Under the pieces are notes generated by a model. It saw only the letters and a program-made list of their open reading frames with translations. It did no database searches and was not told the origin of the DNA. This document shows, piece after piece, positions 56,897 through 57,952 of a stretch of 57,952 nt of DNA (its first letter is position 1; every line of letters starts with the position of its first letter). The stretch comes from Promethearchaeota archaeon (lineage in GTDB: Archaea; Asgardarchaeota; Lokiarchaeia; Sigyniarchaeales; SOKP01). The stretch is from contig JBHLMQ010000014.1 of the NCBI GenBank assembly GCA_048938005.1, positions 1-57,952 of the forward strand. The letters are read 5' to 3'. Position numbers and translations under genes: made by a program.

Positions 56897-57742
56897 ATGC
56901 AAATTTTTGAAGTAATTGAGCTGCAAGAATTTCCCTATATGGAAACAAGAGAAATGGTTCAAGGACAAATTGTAGGTGATATTCTAAACGAGACTAGTCT
57001 TGACAGAGTTTTCTTGCTTATCGATCATGATACTAAGAGAATTTGGACATACAATGGTCCAAAAAGCTCTTTTAAACTACAAATATATGGTGGTATTTTA
57101 GCTTATAAGTTTCGGCAGCAATTACGATTGTTTTATAGGGTTTATCCTTTAAATAGATATTTAAAAGAAGATAAAGAATTTCAGGAATTATTGGAAAAAC
57201 AAATTGGTGGAGGTCGAGCTAAAGCAATCGAAAAAGAAGATTTTCCAGAACCCACACCAGACAAGTATGTTGAAAATATTTCTATTTCAACTCCAAGAAT
57301 AAAAAAAGCATTAGAATACATAAATGAAATTCCCCGACCGCAATTCGATAATCTTATCAGAAGATTTTTGATAGTTGGAGCGGATATATATACAGACGAA
57401 GAAATTACTGAAACTTTTCTTAAAGAAGAAAAAAATATCATTAAGTCAATAAAATTGGGAAGGTTAAACAATGGTTTTACTTTCTTTCAAGATCATAATT
57501 ACTCGACTCGATTAATCATAAAAGAGCGAGAAATTCAAGGAATTGAGTTATTCATACATGAAGATGATAGATCTCCTTCTTTAAAAATTGAAATACCTGT
57601 TATTCAGGAGGAAAAATTTAGTAAATCTGGTTCTATAAACTCATTAATTAAAGCATTTCAAATTCCAAAGAAATTACAAGAAGAAGAAGGAAAAGAAGAA
57701 GAAGAAAACCAAACTGATATTCAAGATGATTCTACTAATTAA
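56897..57742 (+). CDS. Hypothetical protein with divergent gelsolin-like N-terminal domain
   Basis: L....VFLLIDHDTKRIWTYNGPKSS......E..EF..LL resembles a gelsolin repeat; C-terminal domain unrecognised, acidic tail. Confidence 0.55.
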   Translation: MQIFEVIELQEFPYMETREMVQGQIVGDILNETSLDRVFLLIDHDTKRIWTYNGPKSSFKLQIYGGILAYKFRQQLRLFYRVYPLNRYLKEDKEFQELLEKQIGGGRAKAIEKEDFPEPTPDKYVENISISTPRIKKALEYINEIPRPQFDNLIRRFLIVGADIYTDEEITETFLKEEKNIIKSIKLGRLNNGFTFFQDHNYSTRLIIKEREIQGIELFIHEDDRSPSLKIEIPVIQEEKFSKSGSINSLIKAFQIPKKLQEEEGKEEEENQTDIQDDSTN

Positions 57743-57952
57743 TCCTAGAACTTCTAAACCTTCAGAAGTTCGTTCACATTTTTTTAGAGATCCTAACTTA
57801 GGATTATTATATTTAGCGGCAATCTTAGAATTAAATGATATTTCGGTTGACATCTTAGATCTTGAGCAATTTAACGATTTAAACGAATCTGAGTTAGAAA
57901 ATATAATAAAAGACAGAATAATTGATTATAGGATTTTTGGGATAACATCACT
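57726..57952 (+). CDS. 5' part of a cobalamin-binding (probably B12-dependent radical SAM) protein, cut by the window edge
   Basis: Not in the ORF track. ATG 57726 reads MILLINP...PNLGLLYLAAIL....VDILD...IFGITS, a typical B12-binding domain start; overlaps the previous stop. Confidence 0.85.
   Translation, partial: MILLINPRTSKPSEVRSHFFRDPNLGLLYLAAILELNDISVDILDLEQFNDLNESELENIIKDRIIDYRIFGITS

Noticed and set aside
1158-57471. The many short ORFs antisense to or nested in larger genes (e.g. 3814..4353, 16123..16431, 35660..35935, 56032..56286, 57181..57471)
   Set aside because: They lie inside well-supported genes, have shadow-like composition and carry no motifs.
1-57952. Selenoproteins with SECIS elements (known in Lokiarchaeia)
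   Set aside because: I saw no gene with an in-frame TGA at a Cys-equivalent position; the TGA-ending genes I checked appear complete.
1-57952. CRISPR array, tRNA/rRNA genes, IS elements, provirus or defence island
   Set aside because: No regularly spaced repeats, GC-rich structured RNA blocks, transposases, integrases or capsid genes were seen by eye; short or intron-split RNAs could have been missed.

Overview
AT-rich archaeal chromosome segment, most consistent with an Asgard archaeon of the Lokiarchaeia type. The information genes are archaeal: aIF5B, class I CCA enzyme, aEF-2 with an altered diphthamide loop, TFB, Taw1, the rpoE1-spt4-DUF359-rps24e-rps27ae-kae1-bud32 block, rpl7ae, rps28e, rpoN, rpl24e and rps6e. 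They are interleaved with eukaryotic-signature-type genes: two Rab-like GTPases, an Arf/Rag-like GTPase, two roadblock/LC7 proteins, two gelsolin-like proteins, HEAT and TPR solenoids and a RING-like zinc finger. I saw no rRNA, tRNA, CRISPR array, transposase or integrase. Best candidates for undescribed biology: (1) a 1089-aa protein with a P-loop-dead Ras-like domain fused to an alpha-solenoid, divergent from a tandem pair of unknown helical paralogs; (2) a CoA-transferase-GNAT fusion lacking the expected catalytic Glu, divergent from acs, possibly an acyl-CoA-sensing acetylation switch; (3) two membrane proteins sharing one CxxC-x19-CxxC zinc ribbon upstream of a triple winged-helix regulator; (4) Taw1 with a winged-helix insert; (5) rpl7ae with an apparent ATT start and a kink-turn-like 5' hairpin. 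All calls come from motif reading by eye, with no database searches.
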